A stretch of 63,216 nucleotides of DNA, the filler included, from Octopus bimaculoides (taxonomy: Eukaryota), in assembly GCF_001194135.2 (NCBI RefSeq). It is 5 parts of 5 records of this genome, joined end to end, with 100 filler letters (N's around TTAATTAATTAA, not from the genome) between each part and the next. Parts side by side here need not be neighbours in the genome. Positions count along the whole stretch, not along the records: positions 1 to 24,995 come from NC_068981.1; positions 25,096 to 41,574 come from NC_068983.1; 3 more parts are not named here. One strand, written 5' to 3'. The notes beneath the pieces are model-generated. The model was given only the letters and a program-made list of their open reading frames with translations, made no database searches and had not been told where the DNA came from. Made by a program: the position numbers and the translations under genes. Below are positions 13,648 to 25,672 of the stretch, piece by piece (position 1 is the first letter of the stretch; each line of letters begins with the position of its first letter).

Positions 13648-13929
13648 GTGTGTGCGTGTGTGTGTGTGTGTGTGTGTGCGCACATGTGTTTATTTGTATC
13701 CTTGTCTGCACATCACATTGTTATACAAGCAATGTTAATCATTTCCAATCTTCAGGGACAAAACACGTCTAGCTATGGAAAAAAATATTACCTTGCTTGG
13801 AAATAGGTTGGTGACAGGAAGGACATCTAACAAAGAAAAATCTGCCTCTACAATTTCCATGCAAACCTGAAAAATGGTTGTCAAAAGAGGACAATAAAGG
13901 CCTGAAATTTGGTGGGAGGAGACCAGTCG

Positions 13930-14640
13930 ATTAGATCGACCCCAGAACACAACTAATACTTAATTTATCGACCCACAAAAGGATGAAAGGCAAAGTCAGC
14001 CTCAGCGGAATTTGAACTCAGAACGTAAAGACAAATGAAATACCACTAAGCATTTCGCCCGGCATGCTAATGTTTCTTATTTCTTTATTGCCCACAAGGG
14101 GCCTAAACATAGAGGGGGCAAACAAGGACAGACAAAGGGATTAAGTCGATTACATCGACCCCAGTGCATAACTGGTACTTAATTCATCGACCCTGAAAGG
14201 ATGAAAGGTAAAGTCGACCTCGGCGGAATTTGAACACAGAATGTAACAGCAGACGAAATACCGCTAAGCATTTCGCCCGGCGTGCTAACGTTTCTGCCAG
14301 CTCGCNNNNNNNNNNAGGCAAAGTCAGCCTCAGCGGAATTTGAACTCAGAACGTAAAGACAAATGAAATACCACTAAGCATTTCGCCCGGCATGCTAATG
14401 TTTCTTATTTCTTTATTGCCCACAAGGGGCCTAAACATAGAGGGGGCAAACAAGGACAGACAAAGGGATTAAGTCGATTACATCGACCCCAGTGCATAAC
14501 TGGTACTTAATTCATCGACCCTGAAAGGATGAAAGGTAAAGTCGACCTCGGCGGAATTTGAACACAGAATGTAACAGCAGACGAAATACCGCTAAGCATT
14601 TCGCCCGGCGTGCTAACGTTTCTGCCAGCTCGCCACCTTA
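13930..14640 (-). mobile_element. Cluster of family B tRNA-derived SINEs (318 bp duplicated across a 10-N gap)
   Basis: Minus strand GGCGAGCTGGCAGAAACGTTAGCACGCCGGGCG...GAGTTCAAATTCCGC...GCCTTTCATCCTTT...GTGGGCAATAAAGAAATAAGAA, with A-box-like and B-box-like motifs. 13988-14305 is identical to 14316-14633. Confidence 0.8.
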
Positions 14641-15099
14641 CATAATATCAATATTATAGGTAGAATGTATATTATAGGTAACATTAATTTAATTATATCT
14701 TGGATTTTTTAGGTGTTCCAAATTGTTATTTGGACAAGTACCTTTTCTTCAAGAGGGAAAAGAGTTAAAGAATACTTTTCTAGCACCTGGACCACCCAGA
14801 ATCTTCAAAGCATCTTGTCTCAATTTGTGCAATGCTGGCAAATATATTAGTAGACTACTAAAAACTATTTTACGTTGATAGATAGCTAGATAGATAGATA
14901 GATAGATTAAAAAAAAGATAGATAGATATGTTTGTATCTTTCCATGATTTAAAAGGTTACATATCATATCAAACTTACAGAATCAGCAGCAGTGTTCTAA
15001 GGAGGAACTTTTATATTTTTTAAAGTTCATATGCAGATAGCATCAGTACCAATATAGTTCTAATTTGCTTTGAAGATATACTGGCAGATATGCTAAAGT

Positions 15100-15159
<60 letters not shown>

Positions 15160-15178
15160 TTGTTGATGTTAGTGGGGA

Positions 15179-15215
<37 letters not shown>

Positions 15216-15481
15216 TTATATATTATCTTTGCCGACTATTATTTTTTGTTGATGTTAGCTGGGATAGTGATAGATAAGGTTATTGACATATTTTTGTTCT
15301 ACAGAACTTGTCTGCCATTCTAATCATTATATAGATATCTTTACTACTACAATTCACAGCCACTGCCCTAACTACTATAACAACCACCAAAGCAAGTACC
15401 ACCACTATATAAGTACAACCCCCAACATTATATTACTACTACAACAGTGACAAGAATAACCAAGATCCCAAACCCCAAGCG

Positions 15482-15524
<43 letters not shown>
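15482..15524. repeat. (AGCC)n microsatellite
   Basis: About 11 perfect AGCC units. Confidence 0.95.
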
Positions 15525-15599
15525 AAAACCTTTGTATGTGATGGTAGTCAATTATCTCAGTTTCAGAATTTAGGCCAGATAGTCAGTGAATCAACTTCA

Positions 15600-15810
15600 T
15601 ATAGGTCAACAGTTCCTAACAACATGGCAATATAATGAACATTTTCTGTCTCTCATCACTCCAGACGAACACAATATTTCTTTTTTTGTTTCTTTTAATT
15701 TTAATTTTAGAATCTCTTCCTGATTCTCTTCCAACATCCTTTAAAATATCCATTCTACTTTGTCATAACTTTTGTCTCTCTCTGTCTAGATTACATTTTG
15801 ATTTGTATTG
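15600..15810 (-). pseudogene. Possible decayed RTE-clade LINE ORF C-terminal remnant
   Basis: Minus translation VEWIF*RMLEENQEEILKLKLKETKKEILCSSGVMRDRKCSLYCHVVR loosely resembles the RTE EMW.YRRML...NEEVL...RKL.YFGH..R segment. The similarity is weak and judged by eye. Confidence 0.3.
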
Positions 15811-16098
15811 TTCTCCCATATCTTGTTCAGATGTCCTTTTTCATTCTATATTTCTTTTATAATGGTTTACTGAGCACTTGGACTCACAAAGAGAGTACTC
15901 TAAACATAGAGAACATGTACTTTATTATAAGCTACAACATCTGAAATTATTTTAGTCCCACATTACACCAGGCTCCAATCTGATTTGGCAGAGTTTCTAC
16001 AGCTGGGTGCCCTAAATCAGATTGGAGCCTGCAATTATTCAAATGATTTAAGTAGATAAATAGCATGGCAATATAATAAGCATGTATATAATATATAT

Positions 16099-16355
16099 GT
16101 GGAGGCACGTGGCTTAGTGGTTAGGGTGTCAGCATCATGATTGTAAGATTGTGGTTTCGATTCCCGGACCAGGCGACGCAGTGTGTTCTTGAGCAAAACA
16201 TTTCATTTCACGTTGCTCCAGTCTACTCAGCTGGCAAAAATGAGTAACGCTGCGATGGACTGGCGTCTCGTCCAGCTGGGGAACACATACGCCATTGAAA
16301 CCGGGAAACCAGGCCCATGAGCCTGGCTAGGCTTTAAAAGAGCGCATTTATTTTT
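16099..16355 (+). mobile_element. Full-length tRNA-derived SINE (family C) with 14-bp TSD
   Basis: Head GGAGGCACGTGGCTTAGTGGTTAGG (A box) and GGTTTCGATTCCC (B box); body GCGATGGACTGGCGTCTCGTCCAG. TATATAATATATAT at 16085-16098 and 16356-16369. Confidence 0.75.
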
Positions 16356-17075
16356 TATATAATATATATAAGCAAACATATTCTCAAATACATCAAAATA
16401 TGTCAATACTTTTAAGACAAACACTTCTTTCATATGATGCAAAAGTTTATAGTCATGTGGCACATTGTTGTACTCAAGAAGACCTGCCCACCACAACAGA
16501 ATTGAGATCCCAAAACCAAGGTGACACATAAAAAGCATTGGTGTGGATGTTGGTACCACATAAAAAGCACTGGTGATGGTATCATGTAAAAAGCACCCAC
16601 TACACTCTGTAAAGTGGTTGGCATTAGAAAGGGCAGTAGAAACCATGTCAAAACAGACTGGTGTGGCCCCCTAGCCTTGCCAGTTCCTGTCAAGCCGCCT
16701 AACCCATGCCAGCATGGAAACTGATGCCAAATGTTGATGATGATGGTGTAATAACATTCAACTCAGTCACCATCCCTGGACCTGGAATAAATACTTCTAT
16801 TTTTATTTTTGGAATTAATTCCCAACTGCATTGTGTATCATCCCCATCATTATTTAACATCCACCTTTCCCTGTTTTCGCATGTGTCTGATGGAATTTAT
16901 TAAGGTAGATTTCCTATGACTGAATGCCCTTCTTGTCACCAACCTTCACTTGTTTCCAAGCAAGATATTACTCCATGGCCACACATTTTCCATGGAAGGC
17001 TGGAAATGAACACCACTTGTAAAACAGTGATCCTCATTATAACCATCACATAATGTCAAGAGGAGGGTATGCTGT

Positions 17076-17116
<41 letters not shown>

Positions 17117-18270
17117 GCACATATTTTCCATTTACAAGGTTTTGGTTGACCTGGAGACACAGTAGATGACATACCCAAGATGTTATGCAGTGGGATGGAA
17201 CACAAGACCACATGGATGAGAAGAAAAATTCTCAATCACGCATCCACACCTGCACTTAATGTTAATATTCTTCAAAAATTTCAAACAATAATATTCAAAT
17301 TATCCCCCTAACTTGTTATTCTTAGATTTTAGACACCCCTTNNNNNNNNNNNNNNNNNNNNNNNNNNNNNNNNNNNNNNNNNNNNNNNNNNNNNNNNNNN
17401 NNNNNNNNNNNNNNNNNNNNNNNNNNNNNNNNNNNNNNNNNNNNNNNNNNNNNNNNNNNNNNNNNNNNNNNNNNNNNNNNNNNNNNNNNNNNNNNNNNNN
17501 NNNNNNNNNNNNNNNNNNNNNNNNNNNNNNNNNNNNNNNNNNNNNNNNNNNNNNNNNNNNNNNNNNNNNNNNNNNNNNNNNNNNNNNNNNNNNNNNNNNN
17601 NNNNNNNNNNNNNNNNNNNNNNNNNNNNNNNNNNNNNNNNNNNNNNNNNNNNNNNNNNNNNNNNNNNNNNNNNNNNNNNNNNNNNNNNNNNNNNNNNNNN
17701 NNNNNNNNNNNNNNNNNNNNNNNNNNNNNNNNNNNNNNNNNNNNNNNNNNNNNNNNNNNNNNNNNNNNNNNNNNNNNNNNNNNNNNNNNNNNNNNNNNNN
17801 NNNNNNNNNNNNNNNNNNNNNNNNNNNNNNNNNNNNNNNNNNNNNNNNNNNNNNNNNNNNNNNNNNNNNNNNNNNNNNNNNNNNNNNNNNNNNNNNNNNN
17901 NNNNNNNNNNNNNNNNNNNNNNNNNNNNNNNNNNNNNNNNNNNNNNNNNNNNNNNNNNNNNNNNNNNNNNNNNNNNNNNNNNNNNNNNNNNNNNNNNNNN
18001 NNNNNNNNNNNNNNNNNNNNNNTATATATATATATATATATATATATTCAGTTGTTATAAGTGACAAACAAAACATTACTTCTACAATCTATTTAAACTT
18101 CATGTTTCAACAGATCATTGATAAGGTTAAAGTGGTGAGGCTTTTAAATCTTGTGAGAATGGAATGAGAACCAGCAAAAATAAGTAAACAAATATACAAA
18201 TAAAAAAGACACTAGGCTTTAATACAAGCTATGTTCTGTTGTACACAAATATGACACATCACATTCTCAC

Positions 18271-18347
18271 TTTGTCCATAATTCAAATAAAACAATAAAA
18301 TGCAAAACAATACCAGCATGGTAGTGAGAAGCATTTTAATCTCCAGC
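18271..18347 (-). CDS. Candidate first coding exon with signal-peptide-like start (MLLTTMLVLFCILLFYLNYGQ), unidentified
   Basis: Acceptor TTTATTTTTGTCTACTCAG, AAAATG start at 18334, 21 mostly hydrophobic codons, phase-1 donor A/GTGAGA. T-rich DNA can mimic hydrophobic stretches. Confidence 0.25.
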
Positions 18348-19222
18348 CTGAGTAGACAAAAATAAACTTCAATATATATAGTACACACACACACACACAC
18401 ACACCAATCATCACTGTCAGTTAAAATCCATTTTCCATGTTGGCATGGGTTGGGTGTTTTGACAAGAGCAGGCAAGCCAGAGGTCTGTGCTATGTTCTAT
18501 TGCCTGTTTTGGTATGGTTTCTACAGCTGGATGTCCTTCATAATGTCACCCACTTTACAGAGTGTACTGATGGTGACATTCATTTATATCTATAGGTTTC
18601 AAAACTATGATTCTGTAAAGAAAGAACTGAGTGAAGTGTTATTTAGTTTTACTCCTTTACAATTTACACTGCACTGTAGCTGTTGTTTGGGTCACTAGTA
18701 CACTAGACTGTTTCCCTTCTTTACAGATTCTTCATCAGATGTACTAATGGTGACATTCATTTATATTTGTAGGCTATAAGTAGTGTCTCTTGTTTCCAAT
18801 CTTCTGTGAAAACATGTCTGGCCATAGGAAAATATTGCTTTGCCTAGAAACAGGTGACAGGAAGGGTATTTGGCTCCATCTGATCCATGCAAACATGGAA
18901 AAGTGAATATTGAGACAATGATGATGATAAGGGTATGATTTGAATTCAGAATATAAGGCCACCCACCTAACAAGATACAACATGTCTATCAATTTTGCCA
19001 TCCAAGAGTGAATTAAAATATGGATGTCTAAGATAAAATGCAAAGCCTTGATATTATCGATTGGTATTCTTCCAAATCTTTCCATTCTGATTTCAAATGC
19101 TACCTGGTTCACCTTTGCCTTTCATCCTTTTGGAATTGATAAAATATAACCAATCAAGTATTAGGTTGATAATATTGAATTACTACCCCTCTCAAAATTG
19201 CTGGCTTGTGCCTAAATTAGAA

Positions 19223-19223
<1 letters not shown>

Positions 19224-19295
<72 letters not shown>

Positions 19296-19330
19296 TTACT
19301 ACTACTGTTATTATTGTTATTATTATAATA
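19224..19330. repeat. (TAC)n grading into (TAT/TGT)n, tail of a SINE
   Basis: Direct inspection. It follows the GGCTTGTGCCTAAATTAGAAAC SINE tail. Confidence 0.9.
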
Positions 19331-20911
19331 TTATTATTATTAAGGTGGTGAGCTGGCGGAACCATTAGCATGCTAAGCAAAATACTTTGCCAACATTTCA
19401 TCCATTTTTACTTTCTGAGTTCAAATTCCATCACGGTCAACTTTACCTTTCATCCTTTTGGGGTTGATAAAATAAGTACCAATCAAGTACCAGAGCCAAT
19501 GTAATTGTCTTCTCCTCCCCTCAAAAACTATTGTTCCTGTACCAAAATTTGAAATCAGTGGAGTGCTGACAGAATCATTACTATGCCAGACAAAATGCGG
19601 ATCCTTCTGAATTGATGGGCACCACTTTTCATTTAACTCCAATGTTCAGCCAATACTTATTTTTATCAAACCTGAAAGGACGAAAGGCAAAGCCAACCTC
19701 AGCAACATTTAAATGAAAAACATAAAAAGCTGAGAGAAATGTTGCAAAGCATTTTGGGATCTTTCTGAATTGACGGGCACCACTTCTTTTCTTAACGAGC
19801 CCATCAATTCAGAAAGATCCGTTGACTTACTTTCTCCCCTAAAATTCCAGACCTTGTGCCTATAGTAGAAGTTATTAAAATAACAAAATTATTTTTGAGG
19901 CACTGGCATAGTCAATTATATCCACCACCACCACCACCACCACCATTTCACTATTAATTGATTTCATCAATCCTTTCCCCAACTCCTGAAGGACAAAAGC
20001 AATGTTGACCATGACAGGGTTTCAACTTGGAATCTAAATATAAAAGTATGTAGTTTGATAATTATTCTCTACTGTATACACAAAGCCTGGATAATTCCAG
20101 GGGAAAGGGATCAGTCTATCACATTAACTTCAGTACTCAACTGGTACTTATTTTATCAATCCTGAAAGGATGAACAGCAAAGTTGACCTTGACAGAATTT
20201 GAACTCGGAACATATACACAGATGAAATGCTCGCTAAGTGCTAACGGTTCTGCCAGCTTGCCTTTATGCAGTTTAAAAATTTGAAATTTGGCATAAGGCC
20301 AGGAATTTGGGGGTAAGGGGTAAGTTGATTACTTTGACCCTAGTATTAAACTGGTACTTATTATTATCAACTCCAAAAGGATGAAAGGTAAAGTCAACCT
20401 CAGTGACAGACAAAATGCTAAGAATTTCAATTCTGACACCTTAATTTATATAGTTTAATAATGCAAGACATCTTTGTCCAGCTGCTAATGTCAGCAGTTT
20501 TCTTACTGGTGACCTTACAGTAATGGTGTTAATACTTGTTGAGTCTATTGTGTTTTTGTTTTTTAAATATCATTAAATATCATAAATAATGTCAAGGTCA
20601 AGTTTAAGGCATGTGATTCCCCATCCCACCCCTGTCATGGATAATTGATTTGGAAACATCAATCTGTTATGGTTTGTAGAAGAGGGTTACATTTTTTCTC
20701 TATTAAAATGTTATGGGGAGAAAAAGGTTATCAGAGGAGAAGAAAGGAAGGAGGGGTGGGGGTGAAAAGCAAAATAAAAGCTGACACTTCTTCTAGGTCA
20801 CTTAGTACAAGACACTTGTATTAAGGTAATGAGTGCAAAATCTCACCATCTTAAAATTACATTTCTTTCTTCCTGCAAGTGGAATCTTTTCTTTTCTACT
20901 AAACTTCACAG

Positions 20912-20939
20912 GAAATGAACTCAAATTGTTCAGATTCAA
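20912..20939 (+). other. Candidate 28-nt micro-exon
   Basis: CTTTTCTTTTCTACTAAACTTCACAG acceptor and CAA/GTGAGT donor. Two frames are open (NELKLFRF or EMNSNCSDS). Confidence 0.25.
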
Positions 20940-22202
20940 GTGAGTGACATTCCCCACTTGTCAGATTTGTATTTTGAACAAATAGAAATAGAGCAAAAAC
21001 TTTAAATTGTTTATCATATGGGAAGTGGGGAAGGGTAAACTATAAAAATAGTAGAAATGAAAAATTAGGTTATGAATAAAAATAACAGTAAAGTTAGTAC
21101 AAAGGAGAGAGGTCTGGCTTGAACTGAATTTACTGAAACCAACGCCATTCCTGTGACCAATCCTAACCAGTTCCAAGTACTATTTCTCTATGGTCAGACA
21201 CACTTCTGCAGAATATTGGAAATGAATGACACTGCTTGTATAACAGAGGCACTCATTTACAACTATCATGTTGATGCCAAAACAAGAAGAGACAAATATA
21301 CTCAACTCACACACACACACTATATACAAATGGTTGCATACACATGGCAGGATTCTTTTAGTTTCCATCTACCAAATCCATTCACAAGGCTTTGGTCAGC
21401 TTGGGGCTGTAGTAGAAAACATTTGCCTAAAGTGTTACATAGCAAAATGAAATCTGAAACTTTACACCTTAAAATAGTGGTGTTCCCATGCCTGGAATCC
21501 TGCATTCTTAAACTGTGCAATACTAAATGAAACAGCACTGTTTGGGGTCATTATAACAACATAAAAAGGGTTAAAAACTTCATAGGCTACCTAACTGATA
21601 TAAACACAAATAAATATGAAAAAGCCAAAAATTTGCTGTTACACCCTAGAAGTACTTAATAACTTTTGATAACCTCATGCAATGTTATGTTATTTCATAC
21701 ATTGTGATCTAAAGTTATGATTAAATTAGAAGCCAAGTTTAATTAAGATCTAATGTTTAAATGTTATTAACCAATTTTAATCATGAGTTCACAAGGCCTG
21801 ACCACTATTAATTCTGTGGAAAAGTAACAGTGAGAAATAGGACATGTATAGACTATATCTGGCATGTGAATGCAGGCTGTGATTCCTTCTTTACATATTG
21901 GTTGCTTTTTGAAGGATACATCTAATATTGTCAATGTTTTGTGGCGTTTTCTCCCATGAAGCAATTCATAGCAGCAGCCATCATTGATCAGAACATTTCT
22001 CTTTGCCTTGCTGCTGAGATCCCAATCAAGATCATTCTAATTGAATCTTAAGATTATCTCCTTTCTCAAGTGTAGCTGATCTTAAATGCCATTAAGTAAT
22101 TATAATAAATCCTCAAGAGGCAGAGATAATTTTGATAAATCAAGAATTTATGTTGTATTTATGTTGTATTTGATATACCTGTATTTGTCTGCTGTTCTAA
22201 TA

Positions 22203-23269
22203 CAGGCATACCTCATCCTACACCATTAATTGGTTCCAGGGGACACGACTTAAGTAAAAAAAATGACTTAAGTCGAATTAACTTGTCTCTAGGCTAGACT
22301 AGGCCGAATTTACTTGTCTCTAGGCCAAACTGTTAATAGCCATTCCCAGTTCTGTATTTTATTTATGAATGCATTTTCAATAATACATGGTTAGTAAAAA
22401 CCTATTCTAAGCTTACAAATAATTTTCATTTCAGTAAAAAAAAAAGTAATCTAAATATATGAATACAATTTGGCAGTGTTTACTGTACATTGCAGATGCT
22501 TTATTTATAAATGCGGTTTGTAATTATCATAGCCAGTTTATCTTCCAGCATTATAGCATGATGCTTAGCATTTTCACTATGAATTTTCTTAGGAGCCATT
22601 GGGGCAAAAAATAAAGTCACAAATGAATGAGAATGAGAAAGTAGCCAATAGACAGACGTAAACAAATCTGAATTCAAAACAATCATGGAAATCACAATGA
22701 TGCCTCACAGTAGATATTGGAAATACAGTGCAATATGAGCTGATTTCATGATTTTGTTCACTAGGCTACACTACTTTATGGTGTGTATCTTAACAGTTAC
22801 TGTACATATTTTAATATGATTTTATATTAAGGTGGCGAGCTGGCAGAAATGTTAGCATGCCGGGTGCAATGCTTTGTGGTATTTCGTCTGTCTTTACATT
22901 CTGAGTTCAAATTCTGCCGAGGTTGACTTTGCCTTTCATCCTTTCAGGGTTGATAAATTAGGTACCAGTTGCATACTGGGATCAATCTAATTGAATGCCC
23001 CCCCTCCCCCAAAATTTTGGGCATTGTGCCTAGAGCAGAAAAAAATATGATTTTATATGCTTTTATTCTTATTTATTGTACAGTAACATGATTTTATATG
23101 GTTTTAATGGTTTTCTAGTGATTTTACAATTCCAATATTTGTGGTGGACAGACGTAAAGTTGAGTGAAATGACTTAACTTGGTTTTTATTTTTCCATATA
23201 TTATTTTTGAAAACTGACGTATAATCGAGAACGACTTAAATCGAAACGACTTAAGCCAAGGTACACTTG
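22203..23269 (-). mobile_element. Internally deleted Tigger/pogo-type DNA transposon
   Basis: Ends CAGGCATACCTC and CAAGTGTACCTT (8/12 identical, all differences transitions), each with a flanking TA. Minus-strand MAPKKIHSENAKHHAIMLEDKLAMII resembles a Tigger transposase N-terminus. Confidence 0.7.
22828..23043 (+). mobile_element. Family B SINE inserted in the Tigger-like element, 15-bp TSD
   Basis: AATATGATTTTATAT at 22813-22827 and 23044-23058 brackets a complete SINE. Confidence 0.9.
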
Positions 23270-23309
23270 TACATGCCACTGGCCACTCACTTGATTCATT
23301 TTTGTTTAA

Positions 23310-23529
23310 CCCTTTACCATTTAAACCATCCATATCAGGCCCAAATATACAACTAGTTTTATGTTGATCACAGTCAAATCTGGCCTCTTACACCTACTGT
23401 ACAATGTCATTCTAAAAAGAAACAGTCATGTCACGAATATCTCAAAGCTACAAAATAATGCATGATTAACTGAAAACAATGTGAATAAATAAGCATTACA
23501 TTTGCCAAAGTAATCTGAATGCTAAAGGG
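23310..23529. mobile_element. 220-bp piggyBac-type MITE
   Basis: TIRs CCCTTTACCATTTA and CCCTTTAGCATTCA, with TTAA on both sides (23306-23309, 23530-23533). A second copy lies at ~24338-24559 in opposite orientation and a truncated copy at ~11893-11975. Confidence 0.8.
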
Positions 23530-23699
23530 TTAAATTATGCAAATTACCTAGGCCATAAATATATTCTACTTTTTTTGTATAAGTCTAGATCCCTCAGCTA
23601 CTAGATAAGGTCAGACAGTTGTCCTGCTCATGATAGCTATTGAGCCAATAACATCTGTCCATAACTTTCCTCTTATCTCCAGACAATAAACCCATCTCT

Positions 23700-24330
23700 C
23701 CCTCAATGGCATGTCTACTTTGGAGAATCCTTGGTTCTTCAGATGATCTTCCCCTTCTCATGTGGAGCTGGTCTTAATTGTTATTTCGCAATTATGACAT
23801 GTCCTGTAGAGGCAGTTTTAATAAATCAAAAATTCACCTTGTATGGTATTTGATACCTGTAATTGTTTATCTAATTCATAATAAACTGGTTCTTGATTTC
23901 TGTAAACATGGTGGGGCTGTTTTCTTAAAGATTAGGTAGTAAAAATTGCTTTTGGTGTTACTACATCTATAGTAAAGTATTCAGGTTTATTTTGGATGTC
24001 TTGCTGTACTAACTCCTACAGGTCTTTAATAGATACATATATATCACGAAACTCTATTAACTTCTCTAAATCTTCAGCAATGACATTTGGCATTTTCCAT
24101 TCAATGAACAGCTCAATCATATTGTTCATGACTGCTGAGACTGCTTCTTCAAATTCCAGAAAATCATGTTTTTGGTCATAGCCCCTTCCAAATTCTGTTT
24201 ATACAGTTCGTGATTTCTTCATAATAAGATGCTTTGATATTATCAATGGCTTTTATGATCTTTTGCCAAAAGACCTTGATAAATTGTTTGCCTTGGCCAA
24301 CTTGGTCAAGTTGTTTAAAAGTGCAGTGAA
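23700..24330 (-). pseudogene. Decayed Tigger/pogo transposase C-terminal fragment
   Basis: Minus translation FWQKIIKAIDNIKASYYEEITNCINRIWKGL*PK...DFLEFEEAV...VIAEDLEKLIEF...KDL*EL matches the Tigger pattern AI.NI..AW.EV....N..WKKL.P and V..ED.EEL....L..EDL.EL. It has stops and frameshifts. Confidence 0.6.
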
Positions 24331-24964
24331 GGTAATACATCTTTAGCATTCACATTATTCTGTCATATGTGATGTTTATTTATTTACATTTTTTAAAAAT
24401 TAATCATGCATCAACTTGTAGCTTTGAGATTTTGAGGATGCGATTGTTTATTTTTAGATTAACATTGTCAGGTAGGTGTGAGAGGTTGGATTTGGCTAAC
24501 TTCAACAGAAAACAAGTAAAATATTTGAGCTGGATATGGCCAGTTTAAATGCTAAATGGTTAATATTAGAAATTAATCACTGATCCTTAAATTGGATTAA
24601 GGAATAGTTTTGTTGGTAGGTAAACTACTTCACCAGGAATGCAGTAACAAAAAGTGTTGAGATTCTGGAGGAGGCCTAGAGTATTATCAGTCACCAACAA
24701 TGCCTTAGATCAGTGATGTCCAATATAGTCCAGGTGCATCATCATTGATCCAAACCCAAGTATTAGTAGTCCACACAGTGACTTTTGTGTCATACTGGAT
24801 TGCATAATGCAGTTAAAAGAAAATTTATATTTCATGGTCCTTGAAGTTTTCCATATGAATTTTGTGACCCACTTAAAAAAATGGTTGTACATCACTACTT
24901 TTGATTGAAGGTTACATTTTCAGCAATATCTTTTCTCCGTTAGATAAAAGTATGAAGCAACCTA

Positions 24965-24995
<31 letters not shown>

Positions 24996-25095
24996 NNNNN
25001 NNNNNNNNNNNNNNNNNNNNNNNNNNNNNNNNNNNNNNNTTAATTAATTAANNNNNNNNNNNNNNNNNNNNNNNNNNNNNNNNNNNNNNNNNNNN
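24996..25095. other. Artificial scaffold spacer N44-TTAATTAATTAA-N44
   Basis: Exactly 100 bp; the 12-mer at 25040-25051 has stops in all frames. The construct recurs three more times. Confidence 0.95.
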
Positions 25096-25218
25096 CAGGA
25101 CGCATCGTTAAAACGGCTCATCCCATGGACCGCAGATTAAATTTGTATACGCAAATTAAATCTAGCCATGGAGGAATGTAGTGGCGGACAAAAAAACAAG
25201 ACAGGAAAACAAACAGAA

Positions 25219-25271
<53 letters not shown>

Positions 25272-25672
25272 AACAAAATTAAGGGATCAGCAATATATAT
25301 ATATATAGGCCTTTTTTATTGAAGCTGCATTAACATCATGAAACTGTTACTCAGAACTTCATGTTTCCGTCGGTCGGACATTTGTAATCAAGACTAGAAT
25401 AAAATGTGATGGTACATGTAACATTTTATTTGATATAATGCAACTTGACGAATAAACATTTGAATTTGATTGGGTAATTTATTTTCAAAATATCAACGGT
25501 ACTGTATCCGCTAAAGGTTGGGCGGGTTGGTGTGTATAAATTGAACTGTAAAATATAAATATATATTATATTATATAGAAAAATCTTAAGTCAAAATGTG
25601 AGTAATGCGCGTCCAGAATGGCTTAATTAATAATTATTAATTAACAGAGGTGTTAAGTTTGTTTTTATAAAA

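Noticed and set aside
13988-14633. Exact 318-bp tandem duplication
   Set aside because: The copies are identical and flank a 10-N gap, which is typical of unmerged contig overlap. The same pattern occurs at the small gaps near 61046 and 61173.
16099-16175. tRNA gene calls at SINE heads
   Set aside because: A and B boxes are present but continue into SINE bodies; I could not build a complete cloverleaf.
21767-22044. ~90-codon open frame on the minus strand (NDLDWDLSSKAKRNVLINDGCCYELLHGRKRHK…)
   Set aside because: It has no convincing donor and no recognisable family, and the length is within chance for a window this size.
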